Shown here in pieces: positions 9,777 to 19,161 of a stretch of DNA of 64,000 bases (positions are counted from its first letter, which is position 1; every line of letters starts with the position of its first letter). Location of the stretch: NCBI GenBank assembly GCA_963822965.1, contig CAWGJT010000012.1, positions 96,001 through 160,000 of the forward strand, given 5' to 3'. The translations under genes were made by a program, and so were the position numbers. Below the pieces are notes generated by a model. The model was given only the letters and a program-made list of their open reading frames with translations, made no database searches and had not been told where the DNA came from. This DNA comes from an uncultured delta proteobacterium (lineage in GTDB: Bacteria > Myxococcota_A > UBA9160 > UBA4427).

Positions 9777-9841
9777 CCGTCGAGCCGCCCGCAGCGCCGA
9801 ACCACATCCCGCCGACGGGCCGGCGGGGAAGGAGAGCGAGC

Positions 9842-10723
9842 ATGGACGTCCAGCGCCGTACATCGACGCGGCCGGCCTCCTTTGCCCGGCCGGCGGCGGT
9901 CGCCGCGTTCCTGGGGCTGCTGCTGGCGTCCGCCGGGGCCTCCGCCGACATCGCGGGCTCGGGCGACATCACGGTGAACCTCGGGGGCACGGTCGTCTCG
10001 CCCGCCGACGTGGTCGCGGACCTGGCGGCGCCGCCCCTCGTAGCGGTGGACCTGGGGCCGCTTCCCGCTGGAGCCGACGTCACGGCCTACTCGCCCTACC
10101 CCGGCACGGGAGAGCTCTTCAGCGTGGGCCACACCCTGTCGCTGCCGGGTGGCGTCGTGGCGCGACCCCGCGACGTGGTGCTGTGGGACGGCGCCTCCTA
10201 CTCGCTGGCCCTCGACGGCGGCGCGGCAGGCATCCCCGACGGCGCGGCCATCGACGCGTTCGCGTACGACGGGACGAGCGGCGACTTCTGGCTCTCCTTC
10301 GACACCACCGTGGATCTCTCGGGCACCGTCGTGCGAGACGCCGACGTGGTGGACGGCACGACCCTCGGGCTCGTCTTCGACGCGACGGCGGCCGGCGTGC
10401 CCCAGGGCAGCGACGTGGACGCCGTGAGTATGGCGCCGACGCCGGGGGGCATGCAGATCCTGCTGTCCTTCGACGTGAGCGGCACCCTCGGCGGCGTCAC
10501 GTACGACGACGAGGACGTGCTGCGCTACGACCCGGTGGGCGGCAGCTGGAGCCTCGAGCTCGACGCGTCCAGCGTCGACGCGGCCTGGAGCGCCGCGGAC
10601 CTCGACGCCCTCTACCTGGTGCCCGAGCCGGGCTTCGTCCCGCTTCTCGCGTCGGGCGTGGCGATGCTGGCGGTGCTCGCCCGGCGGCGCGAGCGCCTGG
10701 CCGGGAAGCGCCGAACCGCTTGA
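9842..10723 (+). CDS. PEP-CTERM surface protein with about 3 internal acidic repeats
   Basis: RBS AGGAG, signal peptide, repeats D(V/I)(D/T)A...(F/L)S(V/F)D...DV(V/L); C-terminal VPEPGFVPLLASGVAMLAVLARRRER. Confidence 0.9.
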   Translation: MDVQRRTSTRPASFARPAAVAAFLGLLLASAGASADIAGSGDITVNLGGTVVSPADVVADLAAPPLVAVDLGPLPAGADVTAYSPYPGTGELFSVGHTLSLPGGVVARPRDVVLWDGASYSLALDGGAAGIPDGAAIDAFAYDGTSGDFWLSFDTTVDLSGTVVRDADVVDGTTLGLVFDATAAGVPQGSDVDAVSMAPTPGGMQILLSFDVSGTLGGVTYDDEDVLRYDPVGGSWSLELDASSVDAAWSAADLDALYLVPEPGFVPLLASGVAMLAVLARRRERLAGKRRTA

Positions 10724-10739
10724 GACCGACGGCGTCGCC

Positions 10740-10859
10740 TCAGGGCGCGGGTCGCAGCCGTCGGGCGATCGGGGCGAGGTGGCGGCGATCGGGATCCAGG
10801 TCCTCCCGCCGCAGGATCAGCAGGTCGCCGAGCGTGCAGGCGGTGATCCACAGGCTCAT
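10740..10859 (-). pseudogene. Orphan C-terminal fragment of a deleted gene (possibly a membrane protein tail)
   Basis: SLWITACTLGDLLILRREDLDPDRRHLAPIARRLRPAP* with strongly coding-like GC3; coding signal switches strand at about 10855. Confidence 0.4.
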
Positions 10860-11227
10860 ACCCTCGAGCACATGCTGCGGCCCGTGGACGCCGTCCGCGA
10901 AGTGCTCGCGCACCTGAAGCCCAAGGGGCACCTGGTGCTGGCGGTTCCGAATCCGGTGCGGCCCAGCGTCTTCTTCTCGAACGTTCGCCGGAAGCACTAC
11001 TCAACCGGGGCCACGTCTACGCCTGGGATCGCTCCCACTGGATCAACTTCCTCGAGCGCATCCTCGGGCTCGAGGTGGTGACGTACGCGTCGGACGAGGT
11101 GCATCTCTTTCCGGAGCGCCTGCTGCGCATGGCGCCGGTGCTGAAGCGGCTCGAGATCGCGCTCTCGCGTTGGATCCCCTGGTGGTCGTTCTCGAACATC
11201 GCCGTGGTCCGAAACGCCGGCGCATGA
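10854..11227 (+). pseudogene. Class I SAM-dependent methyltransferase, N-terminally truncated and frameshifted
   Basis: AHTLEHMLRPVDAVREVLAHLKPKGHLVLAVPN (HxLEH...LKPgG.l...vPN); SAM-binding motif I absent; 1-nt frameshift at about 11000 continues NRGHVYAWDRSHWINFLERILGLEVV...NAGA* (stop 11225-11227). Confidence 0.75.
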
Positions 11228-11375
11228 GCGGGGCGAGCGGGCCCGCCGCGGTCGCCAAGGGTGGCATCCAGATGATCCAGGTGTTGCCCGATTCCCTGAG
11301 CAAGGTCGCCCACCCCCAGCTGGCGGGGCTCCCGCAGGAGGACGCCGCGCGCTTCGCCTGCACGCTGGGTGGTGT

Positions 11376-12608
11376 TCATCGCACCGCGGCGCGCGCGTGG
11401 AAGTGCGCCATCGCCTCTCGCAGGTGCGACTCGAGCCGGGCGGCGTTCTCTTCCGCGCCGAACAGGCCGCTCTCGAGGGTCGCCCGAGCACGCCGTCCCA
11501 CCTCGGCGCACCGCTCGGGCTGCTCGAGCAGCGCGCACACCCGGTCCGCGAAGGCTTCGGGCTCGTCGGCCACGAAGAGATCCTCTCCGTCCGTGAAGGG
11601 AACCCCTTCGGCCGAGATGCTCGTCGCGACGACCGCGTTGCCGGTGGCCATCGCGTTCAGGACGCTCAGCCGGACGCCGCTCCCGACGAACATCGGCGAG
11701 ACGAAGACCGCGCCCCGACGCAGGTGCGGCAGCATGTCCGGAACCGGCCCGACGACGCGCACGCCGTCTCGCTGCATGCCGTCGAGGGGCGAGGGCACCG
11801 CGCGGCCGACGAGGTCGAGCCGGGCCTGCGGGCGCCTGCGCCGGACCCGCGGCCACACCTCGCGCGCGAACCAGAGCATCGCCGGCAGCGTCGTGATCGG
11901 CTCGAGCGTGCCGCAGCTGACGACCACGTCGCGCTCGCGCGCCTCCGGCGGGCCGGGCGTGTAGCGCTCGAGGTCGATCGTCGGGAACAGGACGTGAATG
12001 GGCGCCACACCGCTCATCCGCGAGATCTCGCGGGCGTCCTCGCGGGAGATCTGCGACACACAGTCGGCCTCGCGCACGATCTCGGCCTCGAAGCGCTCGC
12101 ACTTCGCGGCCTGCCGGGCGGCGAGCCAGGCCAGCGCCGGGTTGCGCGCGCGCCCGGCGAAGCGCCGCAGCACGAGGGTCGTCACCGTGTGGCCCCGGTA
12201 GCAGGTCGGCGCCGGCGCGCGGCGCGCCGCGAAGAGCCGGGCGTACTCGGCCATCAGCAGCTCTTCGACGAGCACCACGTCCACGGCGCCGCTCCGGATC
12301 AGCTCGACGCCCCGCGCGAGCAGGGCGTCGTTTCGCTGGCGCTCGATCGAGTACGGGACCCGGCTCCCCAGGTTCCCGACGAGCTGGCGGACACGGCTCG
12401 GCTTCGGGGCGTGGAAGTACTCGGCACGCGCGAGGGGGGCGAGCGCGCCCGGGTCCGCGTCCGGCAGCCCGGTCAACGCCAGCAGATGGACCCGGTGACC
12501 GCGCGCGTGCAGCGCTTCGAGATCGGCGTGGTAGACGCTGCGCGCGCCGCCGATGGGCGGGTGAGGCTCCATCGGCGTGAGCATCAGGACGGAGAGCGGC
12601 GCGCTCAT
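11376..12608 (-). CDS. Glycosyltransferase family 4 (GT-B)
   Basis: WFAREVWPRVRRRRPQARLDLVG, VVGPVPDM, FVSPMFVGSGVRLSVLNAMATG.AVVAT...EG; resembles sugar transferases of EPS/PEP-CTERM loci. Confidence 0.88.
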   Translation of the reverse strand: MSAPLSVLMLTPMEPHPPIGGARSVYHADLEALHARGHRVHLLALTGLPDADPGALAPLARAEYFHAPKPSRVRQLVGNLGSRVPYSIERQRNDALLARGVELIRSGAVDVVLVEELLMAEYARLFAARRAPAPTCYRGHTVTTLVLRRFAGRARNPALAWLAARQAAKCERFEAEIVREADCVSQISREDAREISRMSGVAPIHVLFPTIDLERYTPGPPEARERDVVVSCGTLEPITTLPAMLWFAREVWPRVRRRRPQARLDLVGRAVPSPLDGMQRDGVRVVGPVPDMLPHLRRGAVFVSPMFVGSGVRLSVLNAMATGNAVVATSISAEGVPFTDGEDLFVADEPEAFADRVCALLEQPERCAEVGRRARATLESGLFGAEENAARLESHLREAMAHFHARAAVR

Positions 12609-12677
12609 TCGCGCCGATCATAACGGAACGGCCCCCTCGAACAACGCGACGACGGACGCTGCTACCTTGCGCCGGGC

Positions 12678-13898
12678 ATGATCGGAACCGGCGACGGGCA
12701 CGACAGCGTGGACGCGGCGCCCCCGCGCATCCTGGTCGTCACGAACAACTACCCCTCCCCCGACCTGCCCCACGTCGGCACGTTCGTCGCGTCGCTGGTG
12801 CGCGCGTGGGAGGCGGCGGGAACGCCGGTCGCGGTCGCCGCGCCCGTGCCCTACTGGAGCCGCACGACCGGGGCCGTCGCCGTGCGCGACGCGGGCCCCG
12901 GCCCCCAGGAGGGCTTCGTGCTGCGTCCTCCCTTCGTCTCCTTCTCCAACGCCACGCTCGCACCGGGCTGGTCGACGGCCCGGCTCTCGTTGTGGAGCTT
13001 CGACCGCGCCGTCCTGCGCTGCACGAAGCGCCTGCCCTTCCGGCCGAGCGTCGCGTACGGGCACTTCCTGTTTCCCGCGTGCCACGCGGCGCTGCGCGTC
13101 GGCCGGAGGCTCGGGATCCCGGTCGTCGGCGCACTCGGAGAGGCCGACCTGGGTGAGTGGGAGCGGCTCGTGGGCGTCGACCGCGCGGCGGCAACCGCCC
13201 GCGCGCTCGACGCGATCGTCTCCGTCTCGCACGAGAATGCGGAGCACTGCGCCCGGCGATACGGCGTCGCCGACGAGCGCGTGGTCGTGCTGCCGAACGC
13301 CGTCGACGCCTCGCGCTTCCAGCCCCTCGAGCGCGCCGCGGCCCGGGCGCGGCTGGGCCTCCCGGCGGACCGGCCGATCGTGGCCTTCGTGGGCAGCTTC
13401 ATCGAGCGCAAGGGGGCACTGCGGGTGCTCGAGGCGATCCGCGGGCTGCCCGACGTGATGGGCGTCTTCCTGGGCGCCGGCCCCCAGCGACCGGAAGGAG
13501 ACCGCGTGCTCTTCGCCGGTCGGGTCGCGAACGAGGAGGTGCCCGTGTGGCTCTCGGCGGCAAACCTGTTCGTGCTGCCGACGCGCGCCGAGGGCTCGCC
13601 CAACGCGGTGCTCGAGGCGATGGCCTGCGGCCTGCCCGTGGTCTCGGGCGACATTCCGGCGCTGCGGGAGACGACGACCCCCGACGCCGCGCGCCTGGTC
13701 GACCCCTCGGACGTCCAGGCCATCCGGCAGGCCGTCGGCGAGATCGTCTCCGACGCCGCGCTGGCGGCGCGCATGTCCGCGGCCGCGCGCCGGATCGCGG
13801 GGGCGCGCTCCCTCGCCGATCGCGCGGAGCGGATCACGACGGTGCTCGCGGCCGTGATCGCCCGCGACGCGCGCGAGCGGCCGGGCCGCGACGCGTAG
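12678..13898 (+). CDS. Glycosyltransferase family 4 (GT-B)
   Basis: RILVVTNNYP, VLPNAVD, FVGSFIERKG, LFVLPTRAEGSPNAVLEAMACGLPVV (Ex7E). Confidence 0.92.
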   Translation: MIGTGDGHDSVDAAPPRILVVTNNYPSPDLPHVGTFVASLVRAWEAAGTPVAVAAPVPYWSRTTGAVAVRDAGPGPQEGFVLRPPFVSFSNATLAPGWSTARLSLWSFDRAVLRCTKRLPFRPSVAYGHFLFPACHAALRVGRRLGIPVVGALGEADLGEWERLVGVDRAAATARALDAIVSVSHENAEHCARRYGVADERVVVLPNAVDASRFQPLERAAARARLGLPADRPIVAFVGSFIERKGALRVLEAIRGLPDVMGVFLGAGPQRPEGDRVLFAGRVANEEVPVWLSAANLFVLPTRAEGSPNAVLEAMACGLPVVSGDIPALRETTTPDAARLVDPSDVQAIRQAVGEIVSDAALAARMSAAARRIAGARSLADRAERITTVLAAVIARDARERPGRDA

Positions 13899-14217
13899 CA
13901 CCGGGAGCAGCGCGTCGGAGCGAGAGCCGGGCCCCGCGGGGCCCGGGGTCTTCCGGTCCGCGTGACGGCGTGCCCGCTTCGGCCGTCCCCGATCTGTTTC
14001 GACGGCACGAAATAACATGGCGTCACACAGCGCGGCGTCCCGATCCGCGACCACTCGAACCCGCCCGGAAATCGGGGCGGGCCGCCATGCGCTACTGTTG
14101 CCACGTACTCGTGTCCCGCAGCCTAGAGCCTCGAAGCACCCTCGGCTTCAGCGCGTTCGGAAATGCCAGCTCTCGATTCGGAGGGTTAGTTCCACGAGAG
14201 CGAGGAGCGGAAACCGA

Positions 14218-17200
14218 GTGCGTTCGACCCGACCTACCTTCTTGGCCTCCCTCTTGGCCCCCCTCGCCTCCCTCTTAGCCTTCCTCGCCTCCCTCTTGGC
14301 CTTCCTCGCCTCCCTCCTGGCCTTCCTCGCGCTCTTCGGCGCCGGCGGCCTGCTGCTTGCCGGAAGCGCGGCGGCCCACGTCCCCTTCGTCGAGACCGTG
14401 ATCGACGGCGATCCGCCCATCGACCCCTGGATGAAGGCGATCGGGGACATCGATCGGGACGGCCTCCCGGACCTGGTGGTCGCCGGCAAGGACGGCCCGG
14501 TCGTCTGGTACCAGACGCCGACCTGGGCGAAGCACGTCATCGCCGACACCATCGCGGGCGGGATCAACAGCACCGACATCGCCGTCGCGGATCTGGACGG
14601 CGACGGCGATCGCGACGTCATCCTGGCGAACGGGCGTTGGTACGAGCACCCCGGCCCGCTGGGCGACCCGGCGGTCGATCCGTGGGCCGCACGCGACTAC
14701 GGAACGGACCCCGGTCACGACGTGCTGCCCGCCGATCTCGACGGAGACGGCGATCTCGACCTCGTGGTGCGGGATCAGTTGGCCAACGGCGACCACGTTC
14801 TCGTCTTCCGGCAGGAAGACCCCACGACCTTCACGCGGGCGGTGATTCCGAACCTGCCTGCGGGGGAAGGCATCGCGTCGTACGACCTCGACGGCGACGG
14901 CGACATCGACATCGTGCTGGGCGACCGCTGGCTCGAGAACGACGGCGACCCCGTCACGGGGGCGTGGACCCAGCGCCTCTTCACGGGCGTGGAGGCGAGC
15001 AAGCAGGAGCTGGTGGTCGCCGTCGGGGACGTGAACGCGGACGGGCTCCCCGACGTGGTCGTCTCGCCGGCCGAAAGCGGGACGACCTTCGACAACATCT
15101 ACTGGTACGAAGGTCCGACGAATCCTCTCGTCGACCCGTGGGTGCGGCACCTGATCCTCGCCGGCGTCGAGACGGCGCAACACTCGCTTCAGCTCGCCGA
15201 CTACGACAACGACGGCGACCTGGACGTCATGACCGGCTCGCACAGCGGGGGCCCCGACCCCGACGAAGTCTACCTGCTGCTCAACTCGGGGGACGGCTCG
15301 ACCTGGACCCGGCACGGGATGTCCCTGGAAGGGACCCACAACGCCCAGGCGGCCGACGTGGACGGCGACGGCGACGTGGACGTGATGGGCGCCAACTGGG
15401 ACACGGCGGCCGCCCTCGACGGGGGGGTCGTCAAGCTGTGGTTGAACCGCTCGCCGGTGGACGGGCCGCTGGCGTGGACACGCCTGTCCAGCGACGCCGG
15501 CGACCTCGAGCCTCCGACGCTCGCGGCCGGCAGCGTGCAGAGCGCCGCTCTGATCGTCGATGTCGACGGCGACGGCACCGACGACTTCGTCATCGCGGAG
15601 GCGGTGGGCGCCCCGTCGCTCGTGTGGTACCGGCGCACCGGGGTCGGCTGGACGAAGCACGTCGTCGACGACACGGCGCTTCCGATCGACGGCGGCGGCG
15701 CCGCGTACGATGTCGACGGCGACGGGGACCCGGACATCGTCATGGGCGGCGACGCGTCGAGCAATCGGATCTGGTGGTGGGAGAACCCGGCTCCGAACTT
15801 CGACCCCGGGGTTCCGTGGCAGCGGCGCCTCGTCAAGGACGGGGGCGACCCCCGGCAGCACGATCTCGCCTTCGGCGACTTCGACGGAGACGGCGCCGAC
15901 GAGCTCGTGTACTGGAACCAGCTGCCGGCACCGTCGCGGCTCTTCCTGGCGGAGATTCCCGCCAATCCGACGCTCGCCGGGCCCTGGCCGGCCACGCTGA
16001 TCCATACGGCCAGCGGTCCGGCCGAGGGGCTCGTCGCGGCCGACATCGACATGAACGGAGTCGTGGACATCGTCGCCGGAGGGTATTGGTTCGAGCACAC
16101 CGCCGGGACGTCGTTCACGCCCCATCCGATCGATCCGCTCGCCGCCGACGGGCGGGTGGCGGCGGGGCAGCTGGTGGTCGGCGGGCGACCCGAAGTGGTG
16201 TTCTCGAGCAGCGAGTCGGGAGCGGCGGCGCTTCGCTGGTGGGAGTGGGACGGCAGCGCCTGGCAGCCGCACCGCCTGATGGACTTCGACGTCGTCCAGG
16301 GCCACAGCCTCCAGCTCGCCGACGTCAACGGGGACGGCCTCCTCGACGTCTTCAGCGCGGAGATGGCCGACGGCGGGCCGAGCCCGAAGGCGCGGGTCTT
16401 CTACGGGGACGGCACGGGCAACTTCGTGCTCCACGAAATCTCCGCGGGCATCGATCTCCACGAGTCGCGGGTGGGCGACCTCGACGGGGACGGTGACCTC
16501 GACGTCCTGGGCAAGCCCTACGATACCGGGACGCCGGGCATCCACGTGTGGCTCAACGACGGCCCGGCGAAGGTGCTCCTGAGCCTGGACGAGTGGGAGA
16601 CCCACCTGGTCGATCCCGCGATGCCCGACCTCGGGCTCTTCATCGAAGCCGCGGACATCGACGGCGACGCCCTGCCCGACCTCGTCGCCGGGGCGTGGTG
16701 GTATCGGAACCCGGGCGACCTCGGCGGCGCCTGGACGCGTACCGCCATCGGCGCGCCCCTGGTGAACCAGACCGTCTTGCACGATCTCGACGGCGACGGC
16801 GACGTCGACGTGCTCGGCACCGCGACCCCGCTCGAAGGGGACGACCTCTACTGGGCGCGCAACGAGGGCGACGGCACCTTCTCGGTCTTCCCCGTCGGCA
16901 ACGCCGGGGCGGGGGCGCAGAACTTCATCCAGGGGCGCGACCTGGGTCCCTTCGTGCCGGGCCCGCTCCAGATCGCGCTCCACTGGCACGGCAAGGAAGG
17001 CAGCGGAAACGGCGATCCGGCCGTCCAGATCTTGACGCTGCCCGCGGGCGATCCGGCGGTGGAGCCCTGGGACCTGGGCCCCCTGATCGTCAGCCTTCCC
17101 GAGGTCGCCCACGGCGAGGGGCTGGCGTCCGCCGACCTCGACGACGACGGCGACCTCGACCTGCATCTCGGGGTCTACTGGCTGCGCAACGAGGGCGACG

Positions 17201-19161
17201 GCTCGTGGACGCTCATTCCCGCGAATCCCGTGACGGGTCTGGGCGACCCCGATCGCGTCCGGGTGGCGGACATCGACGGCGACGGAGACCTCGATGCGGT
17301 CGTCGGCTTCCACATGTTCGACAACACCACGAAGCTGATCTGGCTCGAGCATCCGGCCGACCCCACCACCACGTGGCCGATGCGAACGATCCTCGACCAG
17401 AACGACGGCGGGGGCTTCAGCCTGGACGTGGGCGACCTGGACAACGACGGCGACGTCGACGTGGTCCTCGGCGAGCACCTCGGGCCGGGGCGCGTCCTGC
17501 TCTTCGAGAACACCGGGGACGGGGTGACCTGGCCCGTGCACCTGGTGGACCCGGGCGGCCCCACCGTGGACCACCACGACGGCACGCGCCTGGTCGACCT
17601 CGATCTGGATGGCGATCTCGACATCGTCTCCGTCGGCTACGAGAACCACAAGGCCTGGGTCTTCGAGAACAAGGCCGTCGACGGGATCCTCGCGCCCGAT
17701 TCGGAGCCCCCCTCGGTCCCCGGGAACCCGGTGGCGACAGCCCTCTCGTCCAATCGCGTGGATCTCCGCTGGGACCCGTCCACGGACAACCTCTTCGTTT
17801 CCAACTACGACGTCTTCCGGGACGGCCAACCCGTGGGCAACACCAACCAGACGGTGTTCAACGACGTCGGCTTGTCACCGCTCACCTCCTACGGCTATCG
17901 CGTCGTCGCGCGGGATCTCAACGGCAACGCCTCCGCCCCCTCGGCTCAGGCGACGGCGGTCACCCTCTATCCCGAGACGGTTCCTCCGACCGTTCCGGGC
18001 AACCTCGTCGTGGTCTCCGCGTCCGCGGTTCGCATCGACCTGACGTGGGCTCCTTCCACCGACAACGTGATCGTCCTGGGCTACGACGTCCATCGGGACG
18101 GCGTCCTGGTCGGCACCACGACCATGCCCGGCTATTCCGACTTCGGCCTGGCGCCGGAGACGGCGTACACCTACACGGTGACTGCATTCGACGCCGAGGG
18201 AAACCGCTCGGACCCGCTCGCGGCGACCGTCGTCGCAACGACCCGCGCCCGCGAGCCGGGCCTGCTGGCGCTATGGGGATTCGACGAGCCATCCGGGAGC
18301 ACGGCCTTCGATTCTTCGGGCAACGGCCACGACGGCACCATCGAGAATTCGGCAACCCGGACGTCGGGATTCTTCGGAGGCGGGGTCGAGTTCAACGGGA
18401 CCAACGGCGACGTCGATCTGGGAACGCTCGACATCCCGGGCGCGGAGCTCACGATCTCCGCCTGGATCCGGGCGGACGACTTCGGCGTCCCGGACGCTCG
18501 CATCATCGGCAAGACGACCGGAGTCGCCACCCAGGACCACGTGTGGATGCTGAGCACCATCAACGGGCCCCACCTGCGCGCGCGTCTGCGAACCGACGAT
18601 GGCGTCACGATCACCCTGACGGGCAATGCCGCGACCCTGCCGGCCAATCAGTGGGTGCACGCGGCGATGACCTACGACGGCAGCAACCTGCGCCTCTACC
18701 AGGACGGGGTCGAAGTGGGCAGCGTCGCCAAGACCGGTGCGCTCGTCGTGGATCCGACCGTGGAGGCCTGGATCGGCAACAATCCCGCCGCGACCAACCT
18801 CGTCTTCGACGGGATCATCGACGAGGTGAAGATCTTCACGCGCGCGTTGAGCCCGACGGCGATCCTGGCGGAGGCCGACCCGGACGACGACGACGATGGG
18901 ATCCTGGACCCCTACGAGACCGACACGGGCTTCTTCGTGGACGCCTTCCACACCGGAACGAGCCCCATCCTGGCGGACTCCGATGGGGACGGGGTGAACG
19001 ATGGCGTCGAGATCGACTTCGGCAGCGATCCCAACGACCCCGCTTCCCACCCCGGAAACCTCCTGCCCGCCCTCGGGACCCCCTCGGTCGCGATCCTTCT
19101 CGCAATCCTCTGGCTGACGGGGACCTGGGCCCTCCGCGGTCGGGCTCGCCGCCGTGCCTAG
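14218..19161 (+). CDS. Large surface protein: three FG-GAP/VCBS beta-propeller modules, 2x fibronectin III, LamG-like jellyroll, TSP3-like Ca repeats, IPTL/LPAL-CTERM-like anchor
   Basis: RBS GAGGAG plus GTG 14218; many DxDGDGDxD loops; two D..PPSVPGNL..W..STDN..V..YDV.RDG FN3 units; W.FDE.SG.TA.DSSGNG...W.H.A.TYDG...LY.DG...F.G.IDEV.IF LamG; DSDGDGVNDGVE...GSDPND; ends LPALGTPSVAILLAILWLTGTWALRGRARRRA. Confidence 0.9.
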   Translation: MRSTRPTFLASLLAPLASLLAFLASLLAFLASLLAFLALFGAGGLLLAGSAAAHVPFVETVIDGDPPIDPWMKAIGDIDRDGLPDLVVAGKDGPVVWYQTPTWAKHVIADTIAGGINSTDIAVADLDGDGDRDVILANGRWYEHPGPLGDPAVDPWAARDYGTDPGHDVLPADLDGDGDLDLVVRDQLANGDHVLVFRQEDPTTFTRAVIPNLPAGEGIASYDLDGDGDIDIVLGDRWLENDGDPVTGAWTQRLFTGVEASKQELVVAVGDVNADGLPDVVVSPAESGTTFDNIYWYEGPTNPLVDPWVRHLILAGVETAQHSLQLADYDNDGDLDVMTGSHSGGPDPDEVYLLLNSGDGSTWTRHGMSLEGTHNAQAADVDGDGDVDVMGANWDTAAALDGGVVKLWLNRSPVDGPLAWTRLSSDAGDLEPPTLAAGSVQSAALIVDVDGDGTDDFVIAEAVGAPSLVWYRRTGVGWTKHVVDDTALPIDGGGAAYDVDGDGDPDIVMGGDASSNRIWWWENPAPNFDPGVPWQRRLVKDGGDPRQHDLAFGDFDGDGADELVYWNQLPAPSRLFLAEIPANPTLAGPWPATLIHTASGPAEGLVAADIDMNGVVDIVAGGYWFEHTAGTSFTPHPIDPLAADGRVAAGQLVVGGRPEVVFSSSESGAAALRWWEWDGSAWQPHRLMDFDVVQGHSLQLADVNGDGLLDVFSAEMADGGPSPKARVFYGDGTGNFVLHEISAGIDLHESRVGDLDGDGDLDVLGKPYDTGTPGIHVWLNDGPAKVLLSLDEWETHLVDPAMPDLGLFIEAADIDGDALPDLVAGAWWYRNPGDLGGAWTRTAIGAPLVNQTVLHDLDGDGDVDVLGTATPLEGDDLYWARNEGDGTFSVFPVGNAGAGAQNFIQGRDLGPFVPGPLQIALHWHGKEGSGNGDPAVQILTLPAGDPAVEPWDLGPLIVSLPEVAHGEGLASADLDDDGDLDLHLGVYWLRNEGDGSWTLIPANPVTGLGDPDRVRVADIDGDGDLDAVVGFHMFDNTTKLIWLEHPADPTTTWPMRTILDQNDGGGFSLDVGDLDNDGDVDVVLGEHLGPGRVLLFENTGDGVTWPVHLVDPGGPTVDHHDGTRLVDLDLDGDLDIVSVGYENHKAWVFENKAVDGILAPDSEPPSVPGNPVATALSSNRVDLRWDPSTDNLFVSNYDVFRDGQPVGNTNQTVFNDVGLSPLTSYGYRVVARDLNGNASAPSAQATAVTLYPETVPPTVPGNLVVVSASAVRIDLTWAPSTDNVIVLGYDVHRDGVLVGTTTMPGYSDFGLAPETAYTYTVTAFDAEGNRSDPLAATVVATTRAREPGLLALWGFDEPSGSTAFDSSGNGHDGTIENSATRTSGFFGGGVEFNGTNGDVDLGTLDIPGAELTISAWIRADDFGVPDARIIGKTTGVATQDHVWMLSTINGPHLRARLRTDDGVTITLTGNAATLPANQWVHAAMTYDGSNLRLYQDGVEVGSVAKTGALVVDPTVEAWIGNNPAATNLVFDGIIDEVKIFTRALSPTAILAEADPDDDDDGILDPYETDTGFFVDAFHTGTSPILADSDGDGVNDGVEIDFGSDPNDPASHPGNLLPALGTPSVAILLAILWLTGTWALRGRARRRA
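14239..14331 (+). repeat. 21-bp tandem repeat (about 4.4 copies) encoding FLASLLA in the signal peptide
   Basis: Units start at 14239, 14260, 14281, 14302, with a partial unit at 14323; consensus TTCCTCGCCTCCCTCTTGGCC. Confidence 0.9.

Noticed and set aside
13995..14017. Imperfect palindrome TGTTTCG-N6-CGAAATA upstream of the large surface-protein gene as an activator site
   Set aside because: Short and imperfect, and I found no matching -24/-12 promoter downstream
14275..17829. 1184-aa minus-strand ORF with apparent repeats (VAVAVEV)
   Set aside because: Antisense reading of the DxDGDGD repeats of the FG-GAP gene
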